From: an uncultured delta proteobacterium
GTDB lineage: Bacteria > Myxococcota_A > Polyangia > Polyangiales > Polyangiaceae
DNA length: 64,000 nucleotides
Direction of reading: 5' to 3'
Assembly: GCA_963841435.1 (NCBI GenBank)
Contig: CAWJCS010000006.1
Coordinates: forward strand, 1,696,001-1,760,000
In this document: in pieces, positions 28,243-38,245 of the stretch
Numbering within the stretch: position 1 is the stretch's first letter
Layout of the letters: each line of letters begins with the position of its first letter
Position numbers and translations under genes: made by a program
Notes under the pieces: model-generated
Told to the model about the DNA's origin: nothing
The model's input: the letters and a program-made list of their open reading frames with translations, nothing else
Databases searched by the model: none

Positions 28243-29460
28243 ATGCCCGACGCGCCGACTCCCACGGAGGTCGTCGAAACGCTGGGTCACCACCCGGCGC
28301 TCGACGAGCTTGCTGCCCTCGTGCGGCGCGCCGCGCTCTCGGCTGCGGCCGCGCGGCGTTACGGGTTCTGCTCACGCCACGCGGGGCCCAGCGACGAGCC
28401 GGTCGCGCTCCCGGAGGAATACACGCGGCCGGACGCCGACACGGCATACGGTAACGTGGTCGAGGTGCTCGAGCGCGGGGTCACGACGCCTGCGGAAGGG
28501 GCGCTCGTCTCGACGCTGCTCGCGCTCTCGGCAGCCCACGAGCCCGAAGCCGAAATCGAGGAGCAGGCCTTCGTCGCTCACGTGACATGGCTCGCCGCGC
28601 ACACGCCGTGCGACGCCCTCGCCGCGCTCGACGCGACCGTGGGCGAAAGCGCAGCCGTCTATCGCACGCTCGCTCGCATCGCCGTCGAGCCAGCCGACGT
28701 GGCGTCGGATTTCGGACGCACCGAGGCGCTCGTCGCGGCGGCCGCGCTGGGAGCGAGCCACACCGCGGCGGCGGCGCGCGAGCGCAGCGACGCCATGCCG
28801 CGCGCCAAGGATCCGGCGGTTCACGCGCTGCTCGGCTACGGGGGCCTCGGCGAGGCACCACTCGACGGCGAGCTCGTGCCAGCCCCGCGTGGCCCGCTTT
28901 TGACGGCGGCGCTCGCCGTGACCCTGCTGCTGTTCGTCATCGAGCTCGGGCGCCTGCTCGGGCGCCTGGCGTTCGCCTACCGGCGGCCGGCGACCTTTCG
29001 TCTCACCGAGCGAGGCCTCGAGCTCACGCATCGGGTGGAGCTGCTCGGCAAGGTGCTCCGCCAGCGCTCGACGCTGATCCCCTTCGGGAACATCGCGCGC
29101 GTCACCCGCGAGGAGAAGTACGCGCGCGCCGGGCTCTATGCGGGGCTCGCGGCGCTCGTGCTCGGGACGTATTTCGGCACGGGGCTCTTCGTCAACGGCA
29201 TGCGGGTACCGGGCGGGTCCGGGTCCTTGTTCGGGCTCGCGGCGGCGTTCGTCGTGGCGGGCCTCCTACTCGACTTCGTGTTGGCGGGTGCCGAGGACAC
29301 GTTTCGCGGGCAGTGCCGGCTCATCGTCGTGCCGCACCGCGGTCGTGCGCTGTGCCTCGGCCGGGTGGACCCGAGCCGCGCCGACGCGATGTTGAGCTTC
29401 GTCACCGAGGTGGCTCGCGGCACCGCGACCATCCCGCCCCCTGCCCCGGCGCCCGCCTGA
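28243..29460 (+). CDS. Hypothetical membrane protein
   Basis: 405 aa with three hydrophobic segments in the C-terminal half; GC3 bias. Confidence 0.75.
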   Translation: MPDAPTPTEVVETLGHHPALDELAALVRRAALSAAAARRYGFCSRHAGPSDEPVALPEEYTRPDADTAYGNVVEVLERGVTTPAEGALVSTLLALSAAHEPEAEIEEQAFVAHVTWLAAHTPCDALAALDATVGESAAVYRTLARIAVEPADVASDFGRTEALVAAAALGASHTAAAARERSDAMPRAKDPAVHALLGYGGLGEAPLDGELVPAPRGPLLTAALAVTLLLFVIELGRLLGRLAFAYRRPATFRLTERGLELTHRVELLGKVLRQRSTLIPFGNIARVTREEKYARAGLYAGLAALVLGTYFGTGLFVNGMRVPGGSGSLFGLAAAFVVAGLLLDFVLAGAEDTFRGQCRLIVVPHRGRALCLGRVDPSRADAMLSFVTEVARGTATIPPPAPAPA

Positions 29461-29509
29461 GCCGCGGCGCAACGAGCACGAAAGGCCCCGGCGCCGGTCG
29501 CCCCCCCGG

Positions 29510-30916
29510 TCAGCGAGGCAACGCCGAGGGGCTCGCGGATGGGCTGCCCGCATCGGCCGGCGTGCGCGGCCGTCGGGGCTCGACGAGGAACGCCTCGCCG
29601 AGCGCGAGGAGCGCGTCTATGTGCCCCGGGCTCAGCGTGAGCGTGCCGACGATGCGCGCGCCGTCGGCGCTGAGATCGGCGCGCGACACGAGGCGCTGAC
29701 TCGGAAAGCCGAGCGCCCAGAGCCTCAGGTCCTGCGTCATCAGCTGGCGAGCGAAGGCTCGAGCGTGCTCGATGGCAAGCTCGGGAGTCTCGTCTTCGGC
29801 TTCCAGATCGACGAGCGCGCCGCCACCTTCCGTGGGCGTGAGGCGCGCCCGTGCCCAGCGCAGGGACTTCGGGACGTCCAAAAGCGGCAGCCCGCGCGCG
29901 AGCCGCCAGGGCGTGACGGCATAAGCGCTGGCGATCTCGTCTCCCTTCGCGGGCGCAATGCCGGTCTTCTTGCCGAGCGAGAGGGCGGCCTTCTCGGCGC
30001 TCGGCGGCGTGACGACGACGATGCCGGGCGCTGGCAGCACGAAGACGCGCGGCGCACGGTCCGCAAAGGCGTGCGCCGCCGGAATGCCGGCATCGAGCCA
30101 TTTTCCGTGCTCGGTGTCGGCCTTGACGATGGCGTCGATCGCCGCGAGCAGGCGTTTCTTCGACACGTTCACCTTGAGCACCGCCACGACGTTGCTCGAA
30201 TCGCGAAACTGCGGACCCACGAGCAGCAGACGGTCAACGTCGCGGATGGGATCGAGCGCCGCGGGGCCGAAGAAGTCTCGCCACTGGTAGACCGAGCCGA
30301 GCAGGCGCCCCACGCGTGCACCGAGCGGGAGTGCGCGGATCTTTTCGGTGTAGACCACGACCCGCACGTTCGCCTCGGCGTCGACGACCTTCTTCGCGTC
30401 GCCCGTCACCGCCACGGGTTCGCCGAGACCCCCGTCAACTCCGCCGTCGGGGCCTCCGCCCCCGTCGAGTCCGGCGTCGCTCGACGCCGCAGCTCCCGCG
30501 TCCGAGGGTGCGCCGGCGTCCGCGAGCCCGGCGTCGACCGCGGCCCCCGCGTCCGGCGCTCCGGCGTCGGGGAGCTCCTTCTTGGGCTCCTCCGGAGCCT
30601 TTGCCGAGGGTGCGGGCCGGGGCAGCACCGCGACCGGTGAAAGCTCGGTGCCGGTCTCGGTGGCGGCCGGAGCGGGAGGGTCCGGGGGTCCCGGCGCCTG
30701 GTCCTCGATGAGATCGACGGGGATGGCCGTGATGGGGGGCTCGTCCGGGAGCGGCTCCGCCGGGCGAGCGAGCATTCCGAGCACTCCCAGGAGGGCGACG
30801 AGCGGTGTCAGGGGCGCGTGCACCAGCAGGGACAAAAGCAAAAGCCAGCGGACCCGGCGGTCCGATGTGTCGGGCTGGCCGCGCCACTGCGTCACGAGTC
30901 CCACGGTTTTGACCAT
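29510..30916 (-). CDS. Membrane-anchored hypothetical protein with Pro-rich and DAG-repeat linker
   Basis: SLLVH-containing TM segment, Pro-rich and DAG repeats, globular C-terminus; start uncertain. Confidence 0.72.
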   Translation of the reverse strand: MVKTVGLVTQWRGQPDTSDRRVRWLLLLSLLVHAPLTPLVALLGVLGMLARPAEPLPDEPPITAIPVDLIEDQAPGPPDPPAPAATETGTELSPVAVLPRPAPSAKAPEEPKKELPDAGAPDAGAAVDAGLADAGAPSDAGAAASSDAGLDGGGGPDGGVDGGLGEPVAVTGDAKKVVDAEANVRVVVYTEKIRALPLGARVGRLLGSVYQWRDFFGPAALDPIRDVDRLLLVGPQFRDSSNVVAVLKVNVSKKRLLAAIDAIVKADTEHGKWLDAGIPAAHAFADRAPRVFVLPAPGIVVVTPPSAEKAALSLGKKTGIAPAKGDEIASAYAVTPWRLARGLPLLDVPKSLRWARARLTPTEGGGALVDLEAEDETPELAIEHARAFARQLMTQDLRLWALGFPSQRLVSRADLSADGARIVGTLTLSPGHIDALLALGEAFLVEPRRPRTPADAGSPSASPSALPR

Positions 30917-30976
30917 AGCCTTGCCCCGCAGGGCCGGCGAACGCCGCCCTGGCGCTCGGCGAGCGGGCTTTTTATG

Positions 30977-30991
30977 TGGCACACCGCTTGA
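30977..30991 (+). promoter_or_regulatory. Putative sigma54 promoter upstream of the L,D-transpeptidase
   Basis: TGGCAC-N5-TTGA (consensus TGGCAC-N5-TTGC with one mismatch). Confidence 0.4.
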
Positions 30992-31047
30992 AAAGCCAAG
31001 AACTGGCTACCTGGCCCGCCCTCATGGAACAACTTTGCCGTCCCGCG

Positions 31048-32796
31048 ATGCTCCGACACCTGCCTCCCCTGTCCACGCCGCTTTGCTTGCTGCTGCTAGC
31101 CACCGCCGTGGCCTGCGACCGGCATGCTGACGAAGGCGACAAAACCGCCGGTGGGCGGGTCGAGACCGGCCCGGCCGCCGTCCAGCCCGGCGCCCCTACC
31201 CTCCCCTCCGAGGTGGTGCCGCCGCTCGCACCGCCCGCCTCGGCCGCTCCGGTCGAGACGGTGCCGCTCAGCCACTTCCCCGAGCCTCCCGACCACGCCG
31301 GGCCCTGGTTCGTCGTCACTTCTCCCGCCGCGGGCGTGTACGCGGAGCCCTCGTTCGAACAGAAGCAGAAGATCGGCTGGGTGCGGAGCGGCGGCAGGCT
31401 CGCCGTGAAGCCCGAGCCGGTGTCCCACAAGGCCTGCACCCCGGGTTGGTACGAGCTCGTCGACGGCGGCTACATCTGCGGCAACTTCGGCACGACGAAC
31501 CTCTCGAGCGCCGACGTGAAGTTCGCGCTCACGGCGCCGAAGCTCGAGGACGTGTTGCCGTACACCTACGTGCGCAACGCGAAGCACGGCACGCCGCTCT
31601 ACCACTCGGTGCCGTCGCGCGAGCAGATGCTCCACTACGAGCCTTACCTCGCCGAGAACGACAAGAAGAGTGAAAAGGCCACCAGCGATTCCAAGAAGAG
31701 CGCCGACGCCGACGTGAAGAACGCGAGCGACCCGAAGCCCGCGAGCACGGGGCCGACCGTCGTGAGCGGCGCGACGCGGGTCGCTCCCATCACGATGGAC
31801 GGCGGAGTTCCCATCCTCGACCCGGGTCTCGCCGACGCGGGCATCGAGGTGGAGAAGCCCGAAAAGCCCTGGTGGCAGCAAGACGACATCAAGGAGCACC
31901 TGCACGAGCTCAAGCTCGAGCACCTCGAGAACGAGGCGGACGACATCCTGGCCAAGCGCATGGTGCGCGGCTTCTTCGTCGCCGTAGATCGCACGTTCCG
32001 CTGGAACGATCGGACCTGGTACAAGACCACCAAGGGGCTGGTCGCGCCCGCCGAGCGCTTCTGGCAAACCCCCGGTCCGAAGTTCCAGGGGGTGGAGCTC
32101 GACGGTGAGAAGCTCACCCTGCCCGTCGCGTGGGGCTATGGCGGCCGCAAGGAGGTTGCCACTTACAACATCGATCCCGAAAAGAAGCAGCCGACCAATG
32201 CGAAATCGATTGCTCGCCACACGGCGATCAAGCTCGTCGACGGCGCGCTCGACATCGGCAAGACGCACTATTTGAAGACGGCCGATGGCACCTGGCTCAA
32301 GGCGAACCAAGTGCGCGTGACCGAGCCCGGACCACCCCCCGAGGGGCTCGGTGCCGACGAACGCTGGATCGACGTCGACCTTTCCTCACAGACGCTGGTC
32401 GCTTTCGTGGGAACGCGCCCCGTGTACGCGACGTTGATCTCGAGCGGCAAGGAATCCAGGGACAAGGACAAAGACCACCGCACGCCGACCGGCGAGTTTC
32501 GCATCCGCGAGAAGCACCTCACGACGACCATGGACGGCGACGGCTCCGCGGCGGGCGATCTGCCCTACAGCATCGAGGACGTACCGTACGTGATGTACTT
32601 TCATCGGGCCTACGCGCTGCACGGCGCATTCTGGCACTCGAACTACGGCGTCCAGATGAGCCACGGCTGCGTGAATCTCGCGCCGCTCGACGCCAAGTGG
32701 CTCTACTTTTTCTCCGCCCCCGAGGCGCGCGCCGGCTTCCACGGCCTGTGGGCGCGACCCGAAGGTTCCGGCACGCGCGTCGTCGTCCACGACTGA
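31048..32796 (+). CDS. L,D-transpeptidase (YkuD) lipoprotein
   Basis: AVAC lipobox; IDVDLSSQTL, TPTGEF and ALHGAFWHSNYGVQMSHGCVNL motifs. Confidence 0.93.
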   Translation: MLRHLPPLSTPLCLLLLATAVACDRHADEGDKTAGGRVETGPAAVQPGAPTLPSEVVPPLAPPASAAPVETVPLSHFPEPPDHAGPWFVVTSPAAGVYAEPSFEQKQKIGWVRSGGRLAVKPEPVSHKACTPGWYELVDGGYICGNFGTTNLSSADVKFALTAPKLEDVLPYTYVRNAKHGTPLYHSVPSREQMLHYEPYLAENDKKSEKATSDSKKSADADVKNASDPKPASTGPTVVSGATRVAPITMDGGVPILDPGLADAGIEVEKPEKPWWQQDDIKEHLHELKLEHLENEADDILAKRMVRGFFVAVDRTFRWNDRTWYKTTKGLVAPAERFWQTPGPKFQGVELDGEKLTLPVAWGYGGRKEVATYNIDPEKKQPTNAKSIARHTAIKLVDGALDIGKTHYLKTADGTWLKANQVRVTEPGPPPEGLGADERWIDVDLSSQTLVAFVGTRPVYATLISSGKESRDKDKDHRTPTGEFRIREKHLTTTMDGDGSAAGDLPYSIEDVPYVMYFHRAYALHGAFWHSNYGVQMSHGCVNLAPLDAKWLYFFSAPEARAGFHGLWARPEGSGTRVVVHD

Positions 32797-32944
32797 GCGC
32801 GCGCCGGCCGGGGAAAAAAGAAGCTCGGCTCGGCGCCGTTCGGCAAGGCGACTTCGCGCGGCGCCGCGCGGGGAAGCCTCGCCGCCCGGTTCGTCCTGCG
32901 GCGCTTGACGCGCTGCCGGCCGCGTTCCATCAAGGGGGCGACCC

Positions 32945-33949
32945 ATGGATCAGTTCTCGGCGCACCTCGACCGCGGTTGGGATCTCGTGCAGCGAGGCGA
33001 TCCTCGGGGCGCCGAGCAGAGCGCCCGGCGCGCCCTCGAGCTCGATAGCCAGTCCCCGGAAGCGCACAATCTGCTCGGCTACGTGTCGGCCCTCAAGGGC
33101 GAGTACGAGGAAGCCATCGAGGCGTATCGCCAGGCGATCGCGCTCGACGACACCTACCTCGAGGCGATGCTCAACGCGGCCGAGGTGTACATCCACCCGC
33201 TCGGCGAGTTCGACGAGGCCATCTCTATGTGCGACCAAGCGCTCGAGCTCGCCGAGACCGACGACGAGGTGGTCGACGGCCTCCTGCTCAAATTCGACGC
33301 CCTGCTCGGCAAGGGGGAGATCGACGGCGCCCGCGTCGTCTGCGAGCGCTTTCCGGCGGGGCCGTTCGAGAATCCGAGCCACCTGTTCCTGGTCGGGCGC
33401 GCCTACTACGAGGTCGGCGACGTCGAGCGTGCGTTCCCGCTCGTCGAGGAGGCCGTGAAGAAAAACTCCCGCAACGCCGAGGCCTGGTACTACCTTGGGC
33501 TGGTGCGTGACGAGCGGGGAGATGCCGAAACGGCCACGACCGCTTTCCTGCGTTCGCGCGAGCTCGATCTCGAGCTGTTGCCGCCGCCCTGGTCGCTCTC
33601 GCGCGAGACGTTCGAGGTAGCCGCGCGTCGCGCCATCGACGGACTGCCCGAATCCCTGCGTGTCTACGTGCGTGAGGGCGAGGTGTACGTCGCGGACGTG
33701 CCGGGCGTCGAGGTCGTGGTCGACGGCGTGGATCCGCGCGCGCTGCTCCTGCTCGACGGCATCAACACCGAGGACAAGTCGCTGCCCCTGACGGCGCGCG
33801 TCTTCGTCTACCAGAGGAACGTCGAGCGCATCGCGGGGTCGCTCGAGCAGGTGGAGCCCGAAATCTCGGCGGCGCTCGAGCGCGAAATCACCGCGACGTT
33901 CGTCGATCCCGAGCCGGATCACTCGGTGCCTCCCGGGCACCTGAACTGA
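32945..33949 (+). CDS. TPR protein with C-terminal zincin-like domain lacking HExxH
   Basis: Multiple TPRs; ARVFVYQRNVER...ALEREI zincin-like segment. Confidence 0.82.
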   Translation: MDQFSAHLDRGWDLVQRGDPRGAEQSARRALELDSQSPEAHNLLGYVSALKGEYEEAIEAYRQAIALDDTYLEAMLNAAEVYIHPLGEFDEAISMCDQALELAETDDEVVDGLLLKFDALLGKGEIDGARVVCERFPAGPFENPSHLFLVGRAYYEVGDVERAFPLVEEAVKKNSRNAEAWYYLGLVRDERGDAETATTAFLRSRELDLELLPPPWSLSRETFEVAARRAIDGLPESLRVYVREGEVYVADVPGVEVVVDGVDPRALLLLDGINTEDKSLPLTARVFVYQRNVERIAGSLEQVEPEISAALEREITATFVDPEPDHSVPPGHLN

Positions 33950-33981
33950 GCCGAGGAGCACTGGGCTCGGGATCCGCCGGC

Positions 33982-35040
33982 CTACATCGCCCGGGCGGCG
34001 AGCTCCTCGGCGACGCTCGCGAGCAGCGCCCGGGCGGGGCTCTTGGCAACGACGGCGAGCGCGGCAATCGCCCGCGCGGTGTGCTCGCGGGCGCGGCTCC
34101 GGACCTCGTCGCAGGCGCCGCTCTCGAGCACGAGACGGCTCACTGTCGGCACCGGCTCGCGATCGCCGCCGAAGATGCGACCGAGGGGCGCGGCAAGCTC
34201 GGGGTTTTTGGCGACCGCGAGCACGAGGGGCAGCGTGAGCTTGCCCTCGCGAAGATCGCTGAACAGGCTCTTGCCGGTCGATTCGGCGCCGTAGTCGAGC
34301 ACGTCGTCGACGAGCTGGAAAGCCACGCCGAGCTCTTCGCCGAAGCTGGCCATCGCGGCTTGGCCGGCGGCGTCCGCACCGGCGATGCGCGCGCCCGAGC
34401 GCGTCGCGAACGAAAACAGGGACGCGGTCTTGTCGTGCAAGATCCGCTCGTAGGTCGCGAGCGACACGTCGAGCTCGACGCGCCCGCGCAGCTGGATGAT
34501 CTCGCCCTCCACGAGCCGTCGCAATGTGGCGACCAGGTCCGGCATCAGCTCGGGGGCATGGTGGCTGGTGCGGTCGAGCGCATGCACGAGCAGGAGATCG
34601 CCGCCCAGCACGCTCACCGCATTCGACCAGACGACGCGGGCGGCGGGCGCCCCGCGCCGCTCCGTGCCGTCATCGATGACATCGTCGTGCAGGAGCGTTG
34701 CCGAGTGGACGAGCTCGGCGACGACCGAAAGCTCGCGCGCCGCAGGCGGAATGCGGCCGAAGCACGCTGCGCTGAGCAAGAGCGCCATCGGTCGCAACCG
34801 TTTGCCGCCACGCCCCACGAGGTGACCGGCGGCATCACTCGCGGGCCACGGCCCGTCCGCAGCCGCTTTCGCGAGCTCGGCCTCGACCCACGCCAAATCG
34901 TCCGCGAAGAGCGCGGTGACCTCCGAGAGGCGCTGTTCGGCGCGTCCCTCCGGAGCCTGGGAGGCCGCCGCACCCCGCAGAACCTCGACGGCGGCGCCCA
35001 AACCGAGCTGGGGAACCTCTGCGACTTTCTGAGCTTTCAA
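33982..35040 (-). CDS. ispB: Polyprenyl diphosphate synthase (IspB/HepT-like)
   Basis: GGKRLRP, LLHDDVID, FQLVDDVLD and DLREGKLTLP motifs. Confidence 0.93.
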   Translation of the reverse strand: MKAQKVAEVPQLGLGAAVEVLRGAAASQAPEGRAEQRLSEVTALFADDLAWVEAELAKAAADGPWPASDAAGHLVGRGGKRLRPMALLLSAACFGRIPPAARELSVVAELVHSATLLHDDVIDDGTERRGAPAARVVWSNAVSVLGGDLLLVHALDRTSHHAPELMPDLVATLRRLVEGEIIQLRGRVELDVSLATYERILHDKTASLFSFATRSGARIAGADAAGQAAMASFGEELGVAFQLVDDVLDYGAESTGKSLFSDLREGKLTLPLVLAVAKNPELAAPLGRIFGGDREPVPTVSRLVLESGACDEVRSRAREHTARAIAALAVVAKSPARALLASVAEELAARAM

Positions 35041-35054
35041 ATTCTTGTGAAAGA

Positions 35055-35083
35055 ATTATGGGGTCGGGCCCCGGGGGGGTCAA
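35055..35083 (-). promoter_or_regulatory. Putative sigma70 promoter of the polyprenyl synthase gene
   Basis: TTGACC-17 nt-CATAAT on the minus strand just upstream of the ORF. Confidence 0.55.
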
Positions 35084-35155
35084 CGGCAGACCGCGTCCGG
35101 CCGCACGGCCGGCATTTGACCGCTCCCGGCCATGCGTGCTGAAACAGCGCTCCGC

Positions 35156-35620
35156 ATGACCCGCTCCAGCCGGCCCCGGGCGCGACGGCTCGGACGCCGC
35201 GTCGGCATCATCGTGTTCGGCGTGCTCGTCGCCGTGCCCACGGCGCTCTGGTCAACCCAAATCATGCGGGCAGTCTGGGCCCCGGACGACGGCCCGGCCC
35301 CGCCGAGCTGCCGGGCCGGCCTGCGTCAGCTGCTCGTGGCCATCGAACGGGCCAAGCAGCAAAGCCTGAGGACCGAGGGAGGCGAGCTTCCGAGCGTTGC
35401 CCGCTTTCGCGCGGCTTTGCTGCCCGAATGGGCCTCCAGAGGCGCTCTCACCAGCCTCTGCCAACGAGGCGAAGAATCCAAGATGTTGAAGACGGTCATC
35501 GGACTTCGGTATGCGGAGGAGCACGCGGTGCGGTATGAGGCGACGGCCCTATCCGAGCAGCGTGCCGCGGCGCGAGCCCTCGAGGCACGACTTTCGGCGG
35601 GCGAGCCGACCGAGCGCTGA
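35156..35620 (+). CDS. Hypothetical membrane-anchored protein
   Basis: N-terminal TM segment, LRYAEEHAVRYE; TGATG coupling to the helicase gene. Confidence 0.7.
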   Translation: MTRSSRPRARRLGRRVGIIVFGVLVAVPTALWSTQIMRAVWAPDDGPAPPSCRAGLRQLLVAIERAKQQSLRTEGGELPSVARFRAALLPEWASRGALTSLCQRGEESKMLKTVIGLRYAEEHAVRYEATALSEQRAAARALEARLSAGEPTER

Positions 35621-37557
35621 TGGAAGTCGAGACCCCGAACCTACCCACCTTCGACGCACTACCGCTGAGCCCCGAGGTGCGGCGAGCCGTCGACGAGCTG
35701 GGTTACGTCCACCCGACACCCGTGCAGATGGCGGTGTTCGAGCCCGCCGCGCGCGGCAAGGACCTCGTCGTGCAGGCGCGCACGGGCACGGGCAAGACGG
35801 CCGCGTTTGGCTTGCCGCTCGTCGACGGCATGGTGAAGCGCGGCGTGGCGGCCGTTCAGGCGCTCGTGCTGTGCCCGACGCGCGAGCTCGCGCTGCAGGT
35901 CACGCGCGAGGTCGACGCGCTCTCGAAGCACCGCGGCGTGCGCTGCACGGCGGTGTACGGGGGCGCTCCGATGCCGCGCCAGGTCGCCGAGATCAAGGCG
36001 GGCGCTCAGATCGTCGTGGGGACGCCCGGCCGGGTCCTCGACCACTTGCGCCGCCAGACCATGGATCCGTCAACGATTCGCTGCCTCGTGCTCGACGAGA
36101 GCGACGAGATGCTTTCGATGGGTTTTTTGCCGCAGATCACCGACATTCTGTCGTTCTTGCCCGAGTCGCGGCAGACGCTCTTGTTCAGCGCGACACTGCC
36201 GGCCGACATCCGACGCGTTGCCGAAACGCGCCTCAAGTCGCCGCAGTTTTTGACGCTGAGCGGTGACCATATCGGCGCGCTCGAAATCAATCACTACGTT
36301 TACGTCGTGCCGAGCGACAAGCTCGCCGCGCTGATCCAGGTCATCGAAGTCGACAACCCCGAGAGCGCGATCGTCTTTTGCAACACGAAGGACGAAACGA
36401 AGCGCGTCGCTGCGGCGCTCGAGCAGCAGGGATTTGCCGCCGACTGGTTGAACGCCGATCTTCCGCAGAACGACCGTGAGCGGGTGATGGCGGCGACGCG
36501 CAAGGGCGAGCTTCGTTTCCTCGTGGCGACCGACGTCGCTGCGCGCGGCATCGACATCTCGCATCTGACGCACGTCATCAACTACGACTTTCCAGAGGGC
36601 GCCGAGGCGTACGTGCACCGCACGGGACGCACGGGGCGCGCGGGTCGCACGGGCACGGCCATCTCGCTCATCGGCCCTCGCGACGTGGGAAACCTCTATC
36701 TTTTGAGGCTCACCTACAAGCTTCGGCCCATCGAGCGCCAGCTGCCGAGCGCTCGCGACAAGAAGACGCGCGAGGAGGCGGACCTCGTGCGCATGTTCAG
36801 CGAAGCGTTCGCGAACCACACGCCGCATCCGAGCGATCTGGCGCTCGCCCGGCGGCTCCTCAGCCACGAGCAGGCCGAATCGATCGTCGCGGGTCTCTTG
36901 CGCGACCACCTCGGCGCACGCCCCGACGCGCTCGACGACGCGACGGCGGCACGCCGGGCCCGCGCTCCGCGTGCCGTGACCAGCGACCCGACGCTCGCCA
37001 GCGTGAAAGCGCCTGCTGCGCCTGCCGTGCCCGCCGTGCCCGCCCCCCCACCACCCGCGCTGCCTCCTGTCGCGAGGCTAAACAGCGAGCGCGGCGCCAA
37101 GGCAGCGAGTGACCGGGGCACCCCCAAACGCACGGAGACGAACGCAAGCCCCGCGCCGCGCGGCGACGACGCCGACGCAGTGACGCTTGCGCCGCGGCCG
37201 CTCGCCGCGGTGAGCGTCCCGTTCGCGGAACCGCCGCGCACCGAGCGCTCCGGCGCGCCTGCCTCGTCGCCGACGAACGGCGAGCCCGTCGCCGATGACG
37301 ACGATGACGACGCCGAGCGAAGCTCGACGGAGCTCTACGTGAGCGTGGGCCGGCGCGACGGAGCGAAGCCGAGCGACTACCACACCTTGCTCGAGGCGGC
37401 CGGGATCGGGCCCGAAAGCCTCGAGTACGTGCGCGTCCGGCACCGGCACGCTTTCGTCGGCGTTCGACCGGATGCGTTCAATCGCGCGCTCGCGGTGCTC
37501 AACGGGGCCACGATCGCGGGCCGTCGAGCGACCGCCGAGCGCGCTCGGCGCGACTGA
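35620..37557 (+). CDS. deaD: DEAD-box RNA helicase (DeaD/CsdA-like) with DbpA-type RNA-binding domain
   Basis: Q motif, ARTGTGKT, PTRELA, DESD, SAT, ARGID and HRTGRTGR; C-terminal LYVSVGRRDG. Confidence 0.93.
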   Translation: MEVETPNLPTFDALPLSPEVRRAVDELGYVHPTPVQMAVFEPAARGKDLVVQARTGTGKTAAFGLPLVDGMVKRGVAAVQALVLCPTRELALQVTREVDALSKHRGVRCTAVYGGAPMPRQVAEIKAGAQIVVGTPGRVLDHLRRQTMDPSTIRCLVLDESDEMLSMGFLPQITDILSFLPESRQTLLFSATLPADIRRVAETRLKSPQFLTLSGDHIGALEINHYVYVVPSDKLAALIQVIEVDNPESAIVFCNTKDETKRVAAALEQQGFAADWLNADLPQNDRERVMAATRKGELRFLVATDVAARGIDISHLTHVINYDFPEGAEAYVHRTGRTGRAGRTGTAISLIGPRDVGNLYLLRLTYKLRPIERQLPSARDKKTREEADLVRMFSEAFANHTPHPSDLALARRLLSHEQAESIVAGLLRDHLGARPDALDDATAARRARAPRAVTSDPTLASVKAPAAPAVPAVPAPPPPALPPVARLNSERGAKAASDRGTPKRTETNASPAPRGDDADAVTLAPRPLAAVSVPFAEPPRTERSGAPASSPTNGEPVADDDDDDAERSSTELYVSVGRRDGAKPSDYHTLLEAAGIGPESLEYVRVRHRHAFVGVRPDAFNRALAVLNGATIAGRRATAERARRD

Positions 37558-37589
37558 CCGGCGTTGCCGGAACGGGCCGCTCAAGCTAA

Positions 37590-38192
37590 GTGACGGAGCG
37601 GATGCCGGATCGCGCAGTCGAAGAGCTGGTCTCGAACGTTACCTCGGCCCTCTCCCAGGGACTGCCGAAGCGTGACCTTTTCGCGATGCTCGCCCGGCTG
37701 GTGAAGAGCGCGACGCCCGGCTCGCCAGAAGAGCTCTTCGCGAAGCTCGAGCTCGCCGAGCTCGTGGTCCGGGAGGACCCATTTCGCGCGGCGCGCCTCG
37801 CGCTGGACGTGCTGCGCGCTGGACCGGACGCTCGGGCGTACGGTGTGCTCGGCATCGCGCACAGCCTGCTCGGCGCCTTCCGCGCCGCGCGGCGAGCCCA
37901 CGAGCAGGCCGTCGCGCTCGCGCCCGAGCACCCCGGCTACCGACACAACCTCGGCCATTTGCTCAACGTCGCGTTCGACCAGCCCGCCCAGGCGCTGGTC
38001 CACCTCCTTTTTGCCTACGAGGGCGCGCCCGAAGAGCCCGAGATCGGCAGCTCCTACGCCCATGCGCTCGTCCGGGCTGGCCAGGCGGCCAAGGCGGTTT
38101 TCGTCCTCGAGAAGGCGCTCGGCTGGTCGCACGAAGCCGCCGAGGAGCTGGTCGGTGCCTGGCGCGAGGGCCGGACGCTACGGACCCCGTGA
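37590..38192 (+). CDS. TPR protein
   Basis: TPR-like helices (AYGVLGIAHSLLG, YRHNLGHLL). Confidence 0.75.
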   Translation: MTERMPDRAVEELVSNVTSALSQGLPKRDLFAMLARLVKSATPGSPEELFAKLELAELVVREDPFRAARLALDVLRAGPDARAYGVLGIAHSLLGAFRAARRAHEQAVALAPEHPGYRHNLGHLLNVAFDQPAQALVHLLFAYEGAPEEPEIGSSYAHALVRAGQAAKAVFVLEKALGWSHEAAEELVGAWREGRTLRTP

Positions 38193-38245
38193 GGATCTCG
38201 GCGGCACCCCTTTGCGAAGTACCCCTGAGGAACTATCGAAGAGCA

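Noticed and set aside
36090-36110. DESD instead of DEAD in the RNA helicase
   Set aside because: Fits the DExD consensus and all other motifs are intact.
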